Notes: generated by a model from the letters alone, not told the origin. A DNA stretch of 64,000 nucleotides from an uncultured Clostridia bacterium (GCA_944349655.1 CALVNL010000001.1:119795-183794); one strand, 5' to 3'. Counted from the stretch's first letter, positions 28,835-38,864 are shown. A program made the numbers and translations.

Positions 28835-29078
28835 AAACGGTTCCGAATGGAATCGTTTTTTTATGGGGAGCAAGATTGAATACCAACCGTTGTCCTTGAA
28901 AGGTCAACCTTGCTAACTAAACTAATCGCGTCTCCCCTGCCAAAACGGTTCCGAATGGAATCGTTTTTTTGTGGGGAGCAAGATTGAATACCAACCGTTG
29001 TCCTTGAAAGGTCAACCTTGCTAACTAAACTAATCGCGTCTCCCCTGCCAAAACGGTTCCGAACGGAATCGTTTTATT
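28816..29078. repeat. 108-bp tandem repeat (about 2.4 copies) whose unit holds the last 19 nt of tRNA-Trp, its terminator and an 89-nt spacer segment
   Basis: Unit starts at 28816, 28924 and 29032; copies 1 and 2 differ at a single base (A/G just after the T-run); copy 3 is truncated and its T-run contains the stop codon of the minus-strand DUF1003 gene. Confidence 0.9.
28835..28862 (+). terminator. rho-independent terminator of tRNA-Trp
   Basis: ACGGTTCC-GAAT-GGAATCGT stem-loop followed by T7; repeated at 28943-28970 and, in variant form, at 29051-29078. Confidence 0.75.
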
Positions 29079-29610
29079 TTTTATTCGTTTTATTGATCTT
29101 TTCTTCTGTATTATCGGCTTCTTTCTTTTTTATATAGTTCAAGATTGTTTCTTGTTTAGCAAGGATTTTGTTCACTTTATTGTATAAATCCTCAATCATA
29201 ATTTCGGTCTTGAGATTTACTTTATAATCATTCAAAGCTCTCTGTCTATCCTTGTCTTCCTGTCTATTTTGACTCATCATAATCAAAGGAGCTTGTATTG
29301 CCGCAACACAGGATAAAACAAGGTTAAGCAGAATAAAAGGATAAGGATCAAAAGCTTGCGAAGCAAGCAGAATGTTGACAAACATCCATATGACCAATAC
29401 ACTGACAAAAGAAATTATAAAAGCCCAACTACCAGCGAATTTTGCAATTTTATCGGCGGCTCTTTGTCCGATACCATCGCTTTTCTTCGCTCTTTTCTCC
29501 GTATTGACCGATATTTTGCTTTCAGCAAGCAAACGCAATATTTCTTCGTCGGTCATATCGTGTTTTATATCCTGAATAATTTCGCTGACTATACTTTTCT
29601 TTTCCTGCAT
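29074..29610 (-). CDS. DUF1003 family membrane protein
   Basis: 178 aa; two TM helices followed by MMSQNRQEDKDRQRALNDYKVNLKTE, the pattern I associate with DUF1003. Confidence 0.7.
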   Translation of the reverse strand: MQEKKSIVSEIIQDIKHDMTDEEILRLLAESKISVNTEKRAKKSDGIGQRAADKIAKFAGSWAFIISFVSVLVIWMFVNILLASQAFDPYPFILLNLVLSCVAAIQAPLIMMSQNRQEDKDRQRALNDYKVNLKTEIMIEDLYNKVNKILAKQETILNYIKKKEADNTEEKINKTNKK

Positions 29611-29627
29611 AATAAATATTTAAAAAA

Positions 29628-31055
29628 TTAAACTCTTACCTCGCTCTTATCGGTTAATTTCCCCTCATATTTACGGAAAATATTTCTTAAAGATGCAACG
29701 TATTCTTTTACCTGTTCGGGAGCTCTGCCGATAAAATTAGCAGGTTTCAGTATATCGTCGAGTTTATCGGTTACGGCGTTAAAAGCAGGATCGTTTTTTA
29801 TGCGGGAAATCAGATCGTTGCTTTTCCCGTATAATTTGACCTGTTTTCCGGCTTCCATGGAATGAACTCTTATCGCTTCGTGCAATTCCTGACGGTTTCC
29901 GCCCTGTTTAACACATTCCATCAAAATATTTTCGGTTGCCATAAAAGGAAGTTCCTGTTTCAAATGCTTATTTATTACTTTTTCGTAAACAACCAATCCG
30001 TTTATGATATTCATATAAAGTTCCAGGACTGCGTCTGCTCCCATAAAGGCCTGCGCCATAACGATACGACGATTTGCGGAGTCGTCGAGAGTCCTTTCCA
30101 TCCATTGAGTAGAAGCGGTTATAGCTGTATTCAAAGGCAGACTAACAACGTATCTTGCTAATGACCCCAGTCTTTCGCTACGCATAGGATTACGCTTATA
30201 TGCCATCGCCGAAGATCCGATTTGCGATTTTTCAAAGGGCTCCTCTATTTCTTTCATATTTTGCAAAATACGGATATCGTTGCTGAACTTATATCCACTC
30301 TGAGCAATCATACTTAATACCGAAGTTATACTGTAATCGAGCTTACGGGTATAAGTTTGTCCCGACACGGCAAATGCCGACTTAAATCCCATTTTTTCCA
30401 CAACTTTCTTTTCAAGTTCTTTGACTTTTTTCCCGTCTCCGTCGAAAAGTTCCAAAAAACTCGCCTGCGTACCTGTAGTTCCTTTTACTCCTCTTAGTTT
30501 AAGATTGTTTTTCAGGAACGTGAGATTTTCATAATCCATTTCAAGGTCTTGAAGCCATAAAGTAGCTCTTTTCCCGACGGTTACTAACTGTGCAGGTTGC
30601 AAATGAGTAAAGCCTAAAGTAGGAGTCTTGCGATACTTTAATGCAAACTCCGATAATTTTTTCATAACGCTTACCAATTTGACTTCCAGAAGTTCCAATG
30701 CGTCTCTGTAAATAATAACGTCCGCGTTGTCGGTAACAAAACAACTCGTAGCACCGAGATGAATTATGGGAGAGGCAGCGGGACATTGTAAACCAAAAGC
30801 GTAAATATGCGCCATAACGTCATGCCTTACTATTCTTTCACGTTCAGCCGCAACTTCGAAATCGATATCGTCGAGATGATCTCGCATCTGTGACAATTGT
30901 TCATCGGTAATATTGAGTCCGAGTTCTTTTTCGGATTCGGCAAGAGCAAGCCATAAGCGACGGAAAAGCCCTATTCTTTTCTGTTCGGAAAAATTTGCTA
31001 TCATTTCTTTGCTCGCATATCTCGTTGTAAGCGGATTTGTGTAAACATCGTGCAT
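29628..31055 (-). CDS. purB: adenylosuccinate lyase
   Basis: 475 aa; fumarate-lyase signature GSSAMAYKRNP, typical PurB N-terminus (YTNPLTTRYASKEM). Confidence 0.95.
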   Translation of the reverse strand: MHDVYTNPLTTRYASKEMIANFSEQKRIGLFRRLWLALAESEKELGLNITDEQLSQMRDHLDDIDFEVAAERERIVRHDVMAHIYAFGLQCPAASPIIHLGATSCFVTDNADVIIYRDALELLEVKLVSVMKKLSEFALKYRKTPTLGFTHLQPAQLVTVGKRATLWLQDLEMDYENLTFLKNNLKLRGVKGTTGTQASFLELFDGDGKKVKELEKKVVEKMGFKSAFAVSGQTYTRKLDYSITSVLSMIAQSGYKFSNDIRILQNMKEIEEPFEKSQIGSSAMAYKRNPMRSERLGSLARYVVSLPLNTAITASTQWMERTLDDSANRRIVMAQAFMGADAVLELYMNIINGLVVYEKVINKHLKQELPFMATENILMECVKQGGNRQELHEAIRVHSMEAGKQVKLYGKSNDLISRIKNDPAFNAVTDKLDDILKPANFIGRAPEQVKEYVASLRNIFRKYEGKLTDKSEVRV

Positions 31056-31080
31056 CGATTAATTTTCTCCTTAATAATGT

Positions 31081-31113
31081 AAAAGCCACCTAAAATATAA
31101 GTAGGTGGCTTTA
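31081..31113 (-). terminator. rho-independent terminator after ispH/rpsA
   Basis: AGCCACCT (31084-31091) / AGGTGGCT (31103-31110) stem; T-run on the minus strand (A-run at 31081-31084 on plus). Confidence 0.65.
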
Positions 31114-31134
31114 TAAATCAATTTGACAAAAGAA

Positions 31135-33372
31135 TTATTTTTCCTCGTCGTTCAGTTTGATGTTAAACCAGTCACCGAGAGTAATTCCGGAATTTCCGGA
31201 AACATATTCTCTGGGTTCATCGTCAACTTCATCCTTGATCCGTTTTGCTTTTCTTTCCTTCTTATCGCCTTTTTCAGCGGATTTTGCACTACGTTTTTCT
31301 TCTTCGTCCTCAGCTTCGAAAACAGGTTCTGCCGGAAGAAGTTCCTTGATACTCAGATTGATTTTGTCTCCGTCGTATTTAAGAACTTTGACTTCAACTT
31401 CATCTCCTTCATTAAGCACGTCATGTACATCGTTGGTACGGGTACGTTTAATCTGACTGATATGAACCAATCCGTCTATTCCGGGCTCGATTTCCACGAA
31501 AGCACCGAAACTGACTATTCTGACGACCTTACCTTTAACTACGGAACCTTCGGGGTATTTCTCTTGTGCTATCTCGATAGGATGTTTTTGCAACTGTTTG
31601 TATCCGAGAGAAATTTTTCCGGTTTCTCTGTTAGCGGAAAGCACGATAAAATCGTAAGTTTTATTGAGTTCGAGATATTCGGAAGGATCGGTTATTTTCT
31701 TTTTAACCCAAGTGAGTTCCTGATTGCGGACCAAGCCGTCCATAAGTTTCAGACTTACGAACACGCCGAAGTCGGTAAATCTCTTGACTTTGCCTTTAAC
31801 TATGGCACCTTCGTATATGCCCGCCCAGAATTCTTCTTCTTTAGCGGCTTTTTCCGCTTCGAGAATAACTTTCTGGCTTGCCACGATACGCTTAGCGTTA
31901 CGAGGTTTCTTCAGATTGCCCTCTTCGTCGTATTCTTCTTTAGGCGGTAAAGCCTTAAGACGTAAAGGTTTTCCGACATAATCGGCAAGATTTTTTACAA
32001 AACCGATACGGATTTGCGACGCGGGAACAAAAACGGTATAAGTTCCGATTTTGCCGAGAAGCCCGCCTTTGATTTCCTGAGTGCAAGCAAGAGTAAATTC
32101 TTCTCCTGCAAGTATTTTCTTTACGTGTTCATCGTCAGCCTTGAGAGCGTCGTAAGCTTTTTTGCTGAGATTGATGGCTTTTTCTTTGCTTCCGCTTTCT
32201 TTGGGGATAATAATGGCTTCGATTTCGTCGCCTACGTTATAATTGGCAGGATCGTAAGAGCCGTCCGTTTCAGCTTCTTCTTTTGCGATAAAACCGCAAT
32301 CGTTCTTTCCTCCGCCGTCAACGGAAACCGTTATACCCGTCACGTCAGCTTTAACTACGTGAGTTTTAAGACGCATACCTTCGCGATAATTGCGGGTCTG
32401 AATCTTTTTCATGGCGTCTGCCATTGTGGTGATCTCGGCTTCGGCTTTTTCTTCGCGTTTCTCGCCGTTATCCGCATTAACTGCGGCGCTCACTTCTTCT
32501 TTGACTTCATCAACTGCGTTGTTGATTACGTTTTGCTCGTTCATCCTGTTAAAAACCTCCATAGTCAACTCTTCGGGAGTCGACGCGCCGGACAATATTC
32601 CGGTCTTACCTGATTTGATATTTATCTGCAACGACTTAACATCGTTAACATTCTCGATAAAAAAGACGTTTTTACAAAAATTTGCGGCGGTAGAAAATAA
32701 TTTATTGCAATTAGAACTGCTTTTGTCTCCGACAATAATGATATTTTCGCAAGCCGAAGCGATTTCTTCCGCTTTATTTTGTCTTTCCACTGTAGTATAA
32801 CAAATACTGTCGAAAAATTCAACTGTTTTAGATAAATTTTCGGCGATTATTTTAATATTATTCTTTATTTCACAATATTTTTTTAAGGGATAAGTCGTCT
32901 GAACGCAGACAAAATACTTGTCTGAAAGCGAAAAATCTATTTCCTCGGCGGAATTGACTATCATACAACCGTCCGTCTGTCCCGCCGAACCGATAATTTC
33001 AGCGTGAAAAGGGTCGCCGATAATAACGATTTTCCAGCCTTCTTCGGCTTTCGAGATAATTTCCTTATGAATTTTTTTAACGAAAGGACAAGTCGCGTCT
33101 ATTACAGTACGTTGATTTTTTAATAATTCTTCCGTTCCTTTATCGCATCCGTGCGCGCTTATTATTACGGGTACCTTATCGTCCGGCAATTTTTCTTTAT
33201 AATAAACGCCTTTTTCCGATAAAACCGACACCACGCTTTTATTATGAATAATCGGGTGTAACGTATAGACTTTACCGTATTCGGAAGCGGCGGAGAGACA
33301 TTTTTCCACCGCTCTTTTTACCCCCGCGCAAAATCCGTACGGACCTAAAATTATCGACATACGTATTGGCAA
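31135..33372 (-). CDS. ispH: bifunctional 4-hydroxy-3-methylbut-2-enyl diphosphate reductase (IspH) / ribosomal protein S1-like fusion
   Basis: 745 aa; N-terminal about 280 aa IspH/LytB (GFCAGVKRAV, HGCDKG, ATCPFV), followed by four S1 OB-fold repeats and an acidic/Lys-rich tail. Confidence 0.9.
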   Translation of the reverse strand: MPIRMSIILGPYGFCAGVKRAVEKCLSAASEYGKVYTLHPIIHNKSVVSVLSEKGVYYKEKLPDDKVPVIISAHGCDKGTEELLKNQRTVIDATCPFVKKIHKEIISKAEEGWKIVIIGDPFHAEIIGSAGQTDGCMIVNSAEEIDFSLSDKYFVCVQTTYPLKKYCEIKNNIKIIAENLSKTVEFFDSICYTTVERQNKAEEIASACENIIIVGDKSSSNCNKLFSTAANFCKNVFFIENVNDVKSLQINIKSGKTGILSGASTPEELTMEVFNRMNEQNVINNAVDEVKEEVSAAVNADNGEKREEKAEAEITTMADAMKKIQTRNYREGMRLKTHVVKADVTGITVSVDGGGKNDCGFIAKEEAETDGSYDPANYNVGDEIEAIIIPKESGSKEKAINLSKKAYDALKADDEHVKKILAGEEFTLACTQEIKGGLLGKIGTYTVFVPASQIRIGFVKNLADYVGKPLRLKALPPKEEYDEEGNLKKPRNAKRIVASQKVILEAEKAAKEEEFWAGIYEGAIVKGKVKRFTDFGVFVSLKLMDGLVRNQELTWVKKKITDPSEYLELNKTYDFIVLSANRETGKISLGYKQLQKHPIEIAQEKYPEGSVVKGKVVRIVSFGAFVEIEPGIDGLVHISQIKRTRTNDVHDVLNEGDEVEVKVLKYDGDKINLSIKELLPAEPVFEAEDEEEKRSAKSAEKGDKKERKAKRIKDEVDDEPREYVSGNSGITLGDWFNIKLNDEEK

Positions 33373-34004
33373 ATAAGGTCAACGACTTGTTCTATGGTCA
33401 TATCGGAAGTATCGATGACAACTGCCTTTTCGGGAATAACCAGCGGAGCGAATTTTCTGGTCATATCTTGTTTATCGCGGGCTTCGATATCTTTTTTGAT
33501 TTCATCGAAAGGAATTTCCTCCCCTTTCAAAGCCAACTCTTTTCTTCTTCTCTCTGCTCTGACGTCGGAAGAAGCCGTCATATAAAATTTATAATCGGCA
33601 TCCGGCAAAACAAAACTGCCGCAATCGCGACCGTCCATTATGCAATCGGTAATCGACGCGATTTTCCTTTGCAATTCAACGAGTTTAATACGGACTGCGG
33701 GAATTTTGGAAATAGTACTCGCCGCCATAGAAATATTATGCTCTCTGATATAGGGCGTCACGTTTTCGCCGTTGACGGAAACCTGCTGAATACCGTTTTC
33801 CTCCCAAAGTTTCATATCGAGATTTTCAAGCAAAGCGATAACTTTTGCTTCGTCCTCAACGGAAACGCCTTTTTTTAAGGCATAGTAAGCTATCGCCCTA
33901 TACATTGCTCCCGTGTCAAGATAAGAAAAGGATAATTTTTTAGCTATTAGTTTAGCGACCGTACTTTTCCCGCTTCCTCCGGGACCGTCGATGGTGATAT
34001 TCAT
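33351..34004 (-). CDS. cmk: cytidylate kinase
   Basis: 217 aa; ITIDGPGGSGKSTVAK P-loop, DTGAMYRA motif. Confidence 0.94.
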   Translation of the reverse strand: MNITIDGPGGSGKSTVAKLIAKKLSFSYLDTGAMYRAIAYYALKKGVSVEDEAKVIALLENLDMKLWEENGIQQVSVNGENVTPYIREHNISMAASTISKIPAVRIKLVELQRKIASITDCIMDGRDCGSFVLPDADYKFYMTASSDVRAERRRKELALKGEEIPFDEIKKDIEARDKQDMTRKFAPLVIPEKAVVIDTSDMTIEQVVDLICQYVCR

Positions 34005-34019
34005 AAATTCTTTCCTCCG

Positions 34020-35276
34020 TTATTTAATATTCGAACCGGCGCAATATCCGGTTGAGAGCGCAATCTGTATATTAAAACCTCCGGTGAAAGCGTCAACGTC
34101 TAAAACTTCACCGGCAAAATAAAGATTTTCTACAAGTTTACTTCTCATATCGGCAGGATTAACTTCTTTTACAGAAACACCCCCTGCCGTAACCACGGCA
34201 CCGCTCAATTCCTCGCACCCTTCTATACCGAAAGTCCAGTTTTTCAAAGTTTTAACTAAAGAAAAACGTTCTTCTTTGGTGACTGAATTGATTTTTTTAT
34301 CGGGTTTAATTCCGCAAGCGGTTATGACGGAAGGAATAAGTCCCGACGGCAATAAAGCGTCGAGAGAATTTTTGAAATCCTTATTTAACGTTACTGAAAA
34401 ATCACGTAGAATACGAGAATTCAATTCCTCTTCACTCAATGCAGGCTTCAAATCGATCTGAAGTTTCAGGGAAGTAAAATCCATTCTGTTTATTTTGGAA
34501 GACAGGGTTAAAATAACTGGGCCGCTCACGCCTCTATCGGTAAAAATCATTTCCCCGAATTCCTCGAACAGCATTTTTCCGTTTCGAACTACCGAAACCC
34601 GAACGTTTTTCAAAGAGACTCCCCGCAATCTGCTTAAATTCCCGAAAGAAAAGGTTTTTCCGCCCGAACCGTACATATTCGATAGACGCAAACCCGTTAA
34701 GGCGGCGACTACGGGAACTACAGTATGTCCCGTCTCTTCGGCAAAACGGTATCCGTCCCCGTCGCTTCCCGTAGACGGATAGCTCATTCCCCCCGTAGCT
34801 ACGATAACAGCGTCGCAATCGGTATACGAATGTTTATCCGTAACGATTTCTATAATTTTATTGTCTGAAGAATTAAGGGATAAAACTTTTTCGTTCAAAC
34901 GAACTTCCACGCCGCTTTGATTAAGCAACTTCGAAAAGGCTTTTATGATATCGCTGGACTTGTCCGAGGAAGGAAAAACCCTGTTCCCCCTTTCGATTTT
35001 AAGTTCGGTTCCGCCGCTTTCCACCAAAGACATCGTTTCCGCTGCTCCGAAATTACGCAGTGCGGAATAAAGAAATTTGGGATTTGTTACGACGTTTGAA
35101 ATAAACTCGTCAAAAGAACAGGCGTTGGTTAAATTGCAACGCCCTTTTCCGGTAATATAAAGTTTTTTACCGATTTTTTCGTTCTTTTCGAGCAACGTAA
35201 CCGAGTGTCCTTTTCGGGAAGCCGCTATAGACGCGGCTATCCCTGCGGGCCCGGCTCCGATAACGTAAACTTTCAT
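34020..35276 (-). CDS. NAD(P)/FAD-dependent oxidoreductase, HI0933/BaiN-like flavoprotein
   Basis: 418 aa; VIGAGPAGIAASIAA dinucleotide fold, GKGRCNLTN motif, C-terminal FAGEVLDVDAFTGGFN. Confidence 0.85.
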   Translation of the reverse strand: MKVYVIGAGPAGIAASIAASRKGHSVTLLEKNEKIGKKLYITGKGRCNLTNACSFDEFISNVVTNPKFLYSALRNFGAAETMSLVESGGTELKIERGNRVFPSSDKSSDIIKAFSKLLNQSGVEVRLNEKVLSLNSSDNKIIEIVTDKHSYTDCDAVIVATGGMSYPSTGSDGDGYRFAEETGHTVVPVVAALTGLRLSNMYGSGGKTFSFGNLSRLRGVSLKNVRVSVVRNGKMLFEEFGEMIFTDRGVSGPVILTLSSKINRMDFTSLKLQIDLKPALSEEELNSRILRDFSVTLNKDFKNSLDALLPSGLIPSVITACGIKPDKKINSVTKEERFSLVKTLKNWTFGIEGCEELSGAVVTAGGVSVKEVNPADMRSKLVENLYFAGEVLDVDAFTGGFNIQIALSTGYCAGSNIK

Positions 35277-37000
35277 TATCCGATATAAGCTATTACGTCC
35301 CCGGTGTTTATTTTGTCTCCTTCCTTTACGGTCACGGAAACTATACCGTCTTTTGTCGCGGCTATTTCGTTTTCCATTTTCATAGCTTCGAGTATAATAA
35401 CAGCGTCTCCTTTTTTCACTGCGGTACCGTTTGCGGCTTTTATTTTCAAAACCGTTCCCGGCATAGGCGCCGTTACGGGCGTGCCTTCGCCTTTAACGGA
35501 AGGCGCAGCTTTAACTTCTGCCACGGGAGCAGCCGCAGGTTGCGGTGCGGGAGCGACAGTAGTAGACGCGTTTTCGGGTCTGATATAGTCGCTGTCCTTT
35601 ACTTCCACTTCATACGTTTCTCCGTCCACCGTAACGGTAAATTTTCTTTTATGAATTTCCTCTCTCCACTTAAAGAATTTTTCCGATACTTGCGGGAACA
35701 TACAATAACTGAGAACATCCTCGTCCTTAGTATAATAAGGCATCATCTCCGCCTTATATTTTTCATACTCGGGCTCTAAAAGATCGGCAGGACGACAAGT
35801 GATACGTTTTTCGTCGCCTATACATTTCTTTACGATTTCGGGATCGGGTTCCGCGGGAAGTTTTCCGTATTCACCTTTAAGAACGCCTTTTGTCTCTTTG
35901 GTAACCATTTTATAACGTTCCCCGGTAACTACGTTGAGTACGGCCTGTGTTCCGACTATCTGACTGGTAGGCGTAACGAGCGGAGGATAACCGAGATCTT
36001 TTCTTACTCTGGGCACTTCTTCCAGAACGGCAAGATATTTATCGCTGGCTCCCTGTTCTTTCAACTGATTGATAAGATTGCTGAGCATGCCGCCGGGTAC
36101 CTGGTAAATAAGCGCGTTCACGTCCACTTTCAATACTTTGGGGTTGAGGAATCCGTCTTTGGTAAGTCTTTCGGCAACTTTAGTAAAATGTTTGGCGATT
36201 TCGTTCAGAAGTTCGAGATCCAGACCCGTATCGAACTTTGTACCCTTAAGCGTAGCCACGATGGGTTCGGTAGCGGGCTGGCTGGTACCGTTGGCTAAAG
36301 GAGAAAGTGCGGTATCGATAATATCCACGCCGGCTTCGATAGCTTTCATATAGGTCATATCGCCCGTTCCCGAGGTATTATGGGTATGCAGATGTACTGG
36401 AATTTTAACGGAACTCTTTATCGCTTTGACGAGTTCGAACGCGTCGTAAGGCAACAAAAGGTTAGCCATATCCTTTATGCAAAGAATATCCGCCCCCATC
36501 TTTTCAAGTTCTTTTGCAAGATTGACGAAATAATCGATATTATGAACGGGACTGGTCGTATAACTGAGCGCGGCTTCCACTATTCCGCCGTATTTCTTCG
36601 TGGACATAATGGCTTGACGGAGATTACGGATATCGTTAAGCGCGTCGAAAATACGCAGTATATCGATACCGTTTTCAATGGATTTTTTAACGAACATATC
36701 CACAACGTCGTCGGCGTAGTGCTTATAACCTAAAAGGTTCTGACCTCTAAGCAGCATCTGAAGTTTGGTATTGGGTAAACCTTCTTTCAATGCACGAAGT
36801 CTGTCCCACGGGTCTTCGTGTAAAAATCTGAGACAGGAGTCGTAAGTAGCGCCACCCCAACATTCCACCGAAAAATATCCGACTTTGTCCATTTTATCGA
36901 GAATGGGCAACATTTCTTCGGTTTTCATTCTGGTAGCCGCTTGCGACTGGTGTGCGTCACGCAAAATAGTTTCCGTTATAAGTAATTGTTTTTTAGCCAT
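35276..37000 (-). CDS. oadA: oxaloacetate decarboxylase alpha subunit (5S-type carboxyltransferase with C-terminal biotinyl domain)
   Basis: 574 aa; ITETILRDAHQS TIM-barrel carboxyltransferase start, Ala/Pro linker, biotinylation motif EAMKMENEI. Confidence 0.88.
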   Translation of the reverse strand: MAKKQLLITETILRDAHQSQAATRMKTEEMLPILDKMDKVGYFSVECWGGATYDSCLRFLHEDPWDRLRALKEGLPNTKLQMLLRGQNLLGYKHYADDVVDMFVKKSIENGIDILRIFDALNDIRNLRQAIMSTKKYGGIVEAALSYTTSPVHNIDYFVNLAKELEKMGADILCIKDMANLLLPYDAFELVKAIKSSVKIPVHLHTHNTSGTGDMTYMKAIEAGVDIIDTALSPLANGTSQPATEPIVATLKGTKFDTGLDLELLNEIAKHFTKVAERLTKDGFLNPKVLKVDVNALIYQVPGGMLSNLINQLKEQGASDKYLAVLEEVPRVRKDLGYPPLVTPTSQIVGTQAVLNVVTGERYKMVTKETKGVLKGEYGKLPAEPDPEIVKKCIGDEKRITCRPADLLEPEYEKYKAEMMPYYTKDEDVLSYCMFPQVSEKFFKWREEIHKRKFTVTVDGETYEVEVKDSDYIRPENASTTVAPAPQPAAAPVAEVKAAPSVKGEGTPVTAPMPGTVLKIKAANGTAVKKGDAVIILEAMKMENEIAATKDGIVSVTVKEGDKINTGDVIAYIG

Positions 37001-37032
37001 AGAGACAACCTCCCGTTATCGAATATATAAAA

Positions 37033-38472
37033 TTAACCGAACATGGCGAGCAGAACGCCTGCGGCAACTGCGCTGCCGATAACGCCTGCTACGTTCGGAC
37101 CCATTGCGTGCATAAGCAAATAATTGTTCGGATCTTCTTTCCTGCCCACGTCTTGAGCTACTCTCGCCGCCATCGGAACGGCACTCACGCCCGCCGCACC
37201 GATAAGAGGATTGATCTTTCCGCCGGAAATTTTGTTCATAAGTTTTCCGAGCAGAACGCCGCCAGCCGTACCGAAGCTGAAAGCTAAAACGCCGAGCACG
37301 ATAATTCCGAGAGTGGATACGCTAAGGAATACCGGTGCAAAAGCTTTGGTTCCGACGACCACGCCGAGGAATATCGTAATTATATTGATTAGTTCGTTCT
37401 GAGCGGTATTGGAAAGACGAGGAACGACTCCGCTTTCCTTAATAAGGTTACCGAGCATCAGCATACCGATAAGAGGTAAAGCCGCAGGAAGAATTATACC
37501 GCAGATACCGGTAACGACTATGGGGAAAATTATCTTTTCCTTTTTGGAAACGGGTCTCAACTGTTCCATACGGATAAGACGCTCTTTTTTGGTAGTCAGT
37601 AACTTCATTATCGGCGGTTGGATAACCGGCACCAACGCCATATAAGAATAAGCCGCGATTGCTATAGCCGGCAAAAGATCCATAGTTTTGCCGTTGAACA
37701 TCGTACCTATGGCACTATTTGCCATTTTCTGAGTTAGATAAATAGCGGTAGGTCCGTCGGCTCCGCCGATGATTGCGATAGCCGCAGCGGCCTGTTCGTT
37801 GAAACCGAAGAACAACGCCCCGAAGAAAGTCAGGAATATCCCCAACTGAGCCGCCGCCCCGAGCAGAAGGGATTTCGGATTTGCTATCAACGGTCCGAAG
37901 TCGGTCATAGCTCCTATCCCGAGGAAAATAAGCGGCGGGAAGATAACCCAGTCCACACCTTTATAAAGATAATAGAATAGACCTTTATCGGCAATTATTC
38001 CGCTGGTATAAACTATTTCTCCTCCCAACGAAGGATCCCAGAGATTACTGTTCTTTACCGCTTCGACAAGACTCTCAAGCGAAGCGTTCAAAGTATCTGC
38101 ACTCGCCGGATTATAGACCACGTTGAATGTTTCGCAAAGCTGTTGAAGAGTACCAGATGCTATAACGGTATTGGTGGCGCTGTCGGTAAACGTATATCCC
38201 GTAGTTCCGTAAAGAATGTTATAAGCTCCGGGGATATTTATAATAAACATACCGAAAGCTATACTCAAAAGCAAATTAGGTTCAAACTTTTTGACTATAG
38301 CGAGATATACAAGGAAGGAAGCGATAACGAGCATAAGGAGCATACCCCATATACCCCAGCTGTAACCTTCCATAACGTAATATTCGGGAACGGGATTTGC
38401 TATACCCGTGGACTCCCACAAATTTTTCAGAGACTCGCCTAAACTTGCGGCGGTAAGCGAATTAAAAATCAT
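37033..38472 (-). CDS. oadB: sodium ion-translocating decarboxylase beta subunit
   Basis: 479 aa polytopic membrane protein; conserved GAMTDFGPLIANP and GGADGPTAIY segments of the OadB/GcdB/MmdB family. Confidence 0.9.
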   Translation of the reverse strand: MIFNSLTAASLGESLKNLWESTGIANPVPEYYVMEGYSWGIWGMLLMLVIASFLVYLAIVKKFEPNLLLSIAFGMFIINIPGAYNILYGTTGYTFTDSATNTVIASGTLQQLCETFNVVYNPASADTLNASLESLVEAVKNSNLWDPSLGGEIVYTSGIIADKGLFYYLYKGVDWVIFPPLIFLGIGAMTDFGPLIANPKSLLLGAAAQLGIFLTFFGALFFGFNEQAAAAIAIIGGADGPTAIYLTQKMANSAIGTMFNGKTMDLLPAIAIAAYSYMALVPVIQPPIMKLLTTKKERLIRMEQLRPVSKKEKIIFPIVVTGICGIILPAALPLIGMLMLGNLIKESGVVPRLSNTAQNELINIITIFLGVVVGTKAFAPVFLSVSTLGIIVLGVLAFSFGTAGGVLLGKLMNKISGGKINPLIGAAGVSAVPMAARVAQDVGRKEDPNNYLLMHAMGPNVAGVIGSAVAAGVLLAMFG

Positions 38473-38849
38473 TTATTCCCTCCGATAATGGTTGCTAAAA
38501 TATCCCCCGTATTCACTTTATCTCCGCAATTAACGCAGATATGAACGACACCGTCGGCGGTGGCGGCAATTTCGTTTTCCATCTTCATAGCCTCGAGAAC
38601 GACTACGGCTTGACCGACTTTTACCGAAGAACCTTCGGAAACTTTGACGGAAAGCACCGTGCCCGGCATCGGAGCCGTAACCTTAATTCCGTCACCGACG
38701 GGAGTTTTTACGGGAACCGGTGAAGCAGATTTGATTTCGGCTTCATTCTTTACCGGAGCTACAGGAGCTGCAACCTGATTGCCCAAGGTAGTTTCTTCCA
38801 CCGTAACTTCGAATTTTTTTCCGTTAATACTTACAGAATATGATTTCAT
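38469..38849 (-). CDS. free-standing biotin carboxyl carrier (biotinyl/lipoyl domain) protein
   Basis: 126 aa; Ala/Pro/Val linker then LEAMKMENEI biotin attachment motif; resembles the GcdC/MmdC-type carrier. Confidence 0.85.
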   Translation of the reverse strand: MKSYSVSINGKKFEVTVEETTLGNQVAAPVAPVKNEAEIKSASPVPVKTPVGDGIKVTAPMPGTVLSVKVSEGSSVKVGQAVVVLEAMKMENEIAATADGVVHICVNCGDKVNTGDILATIIGGNK

Positions 38850-38864
38850 TTCCGTCCTCCTATA

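Noticed and set aside
28862-28942. The 78-nt unit in each repeat as a functional tRNA, and the 17-codon ORF (MGSKIEYQPLSLKGQPC) repeated in each unit
   Set aside because: The hand-folded unit has no D arm or T arm and only a mismatched 7-bp helix where the anticodon arm would be. The first acceptor pair is T-T. The mini-ORF has no SD and starts directly after a terminator T-run, so it is probably coincidental.
31123-32613. 275-aa and 199-aa ORFs on the + strand
   Set aside because: Both are antisense to the well-supported ispH/S1 fusion gene. The products are low-complexity and Phe/Ser-rich, with no start context.
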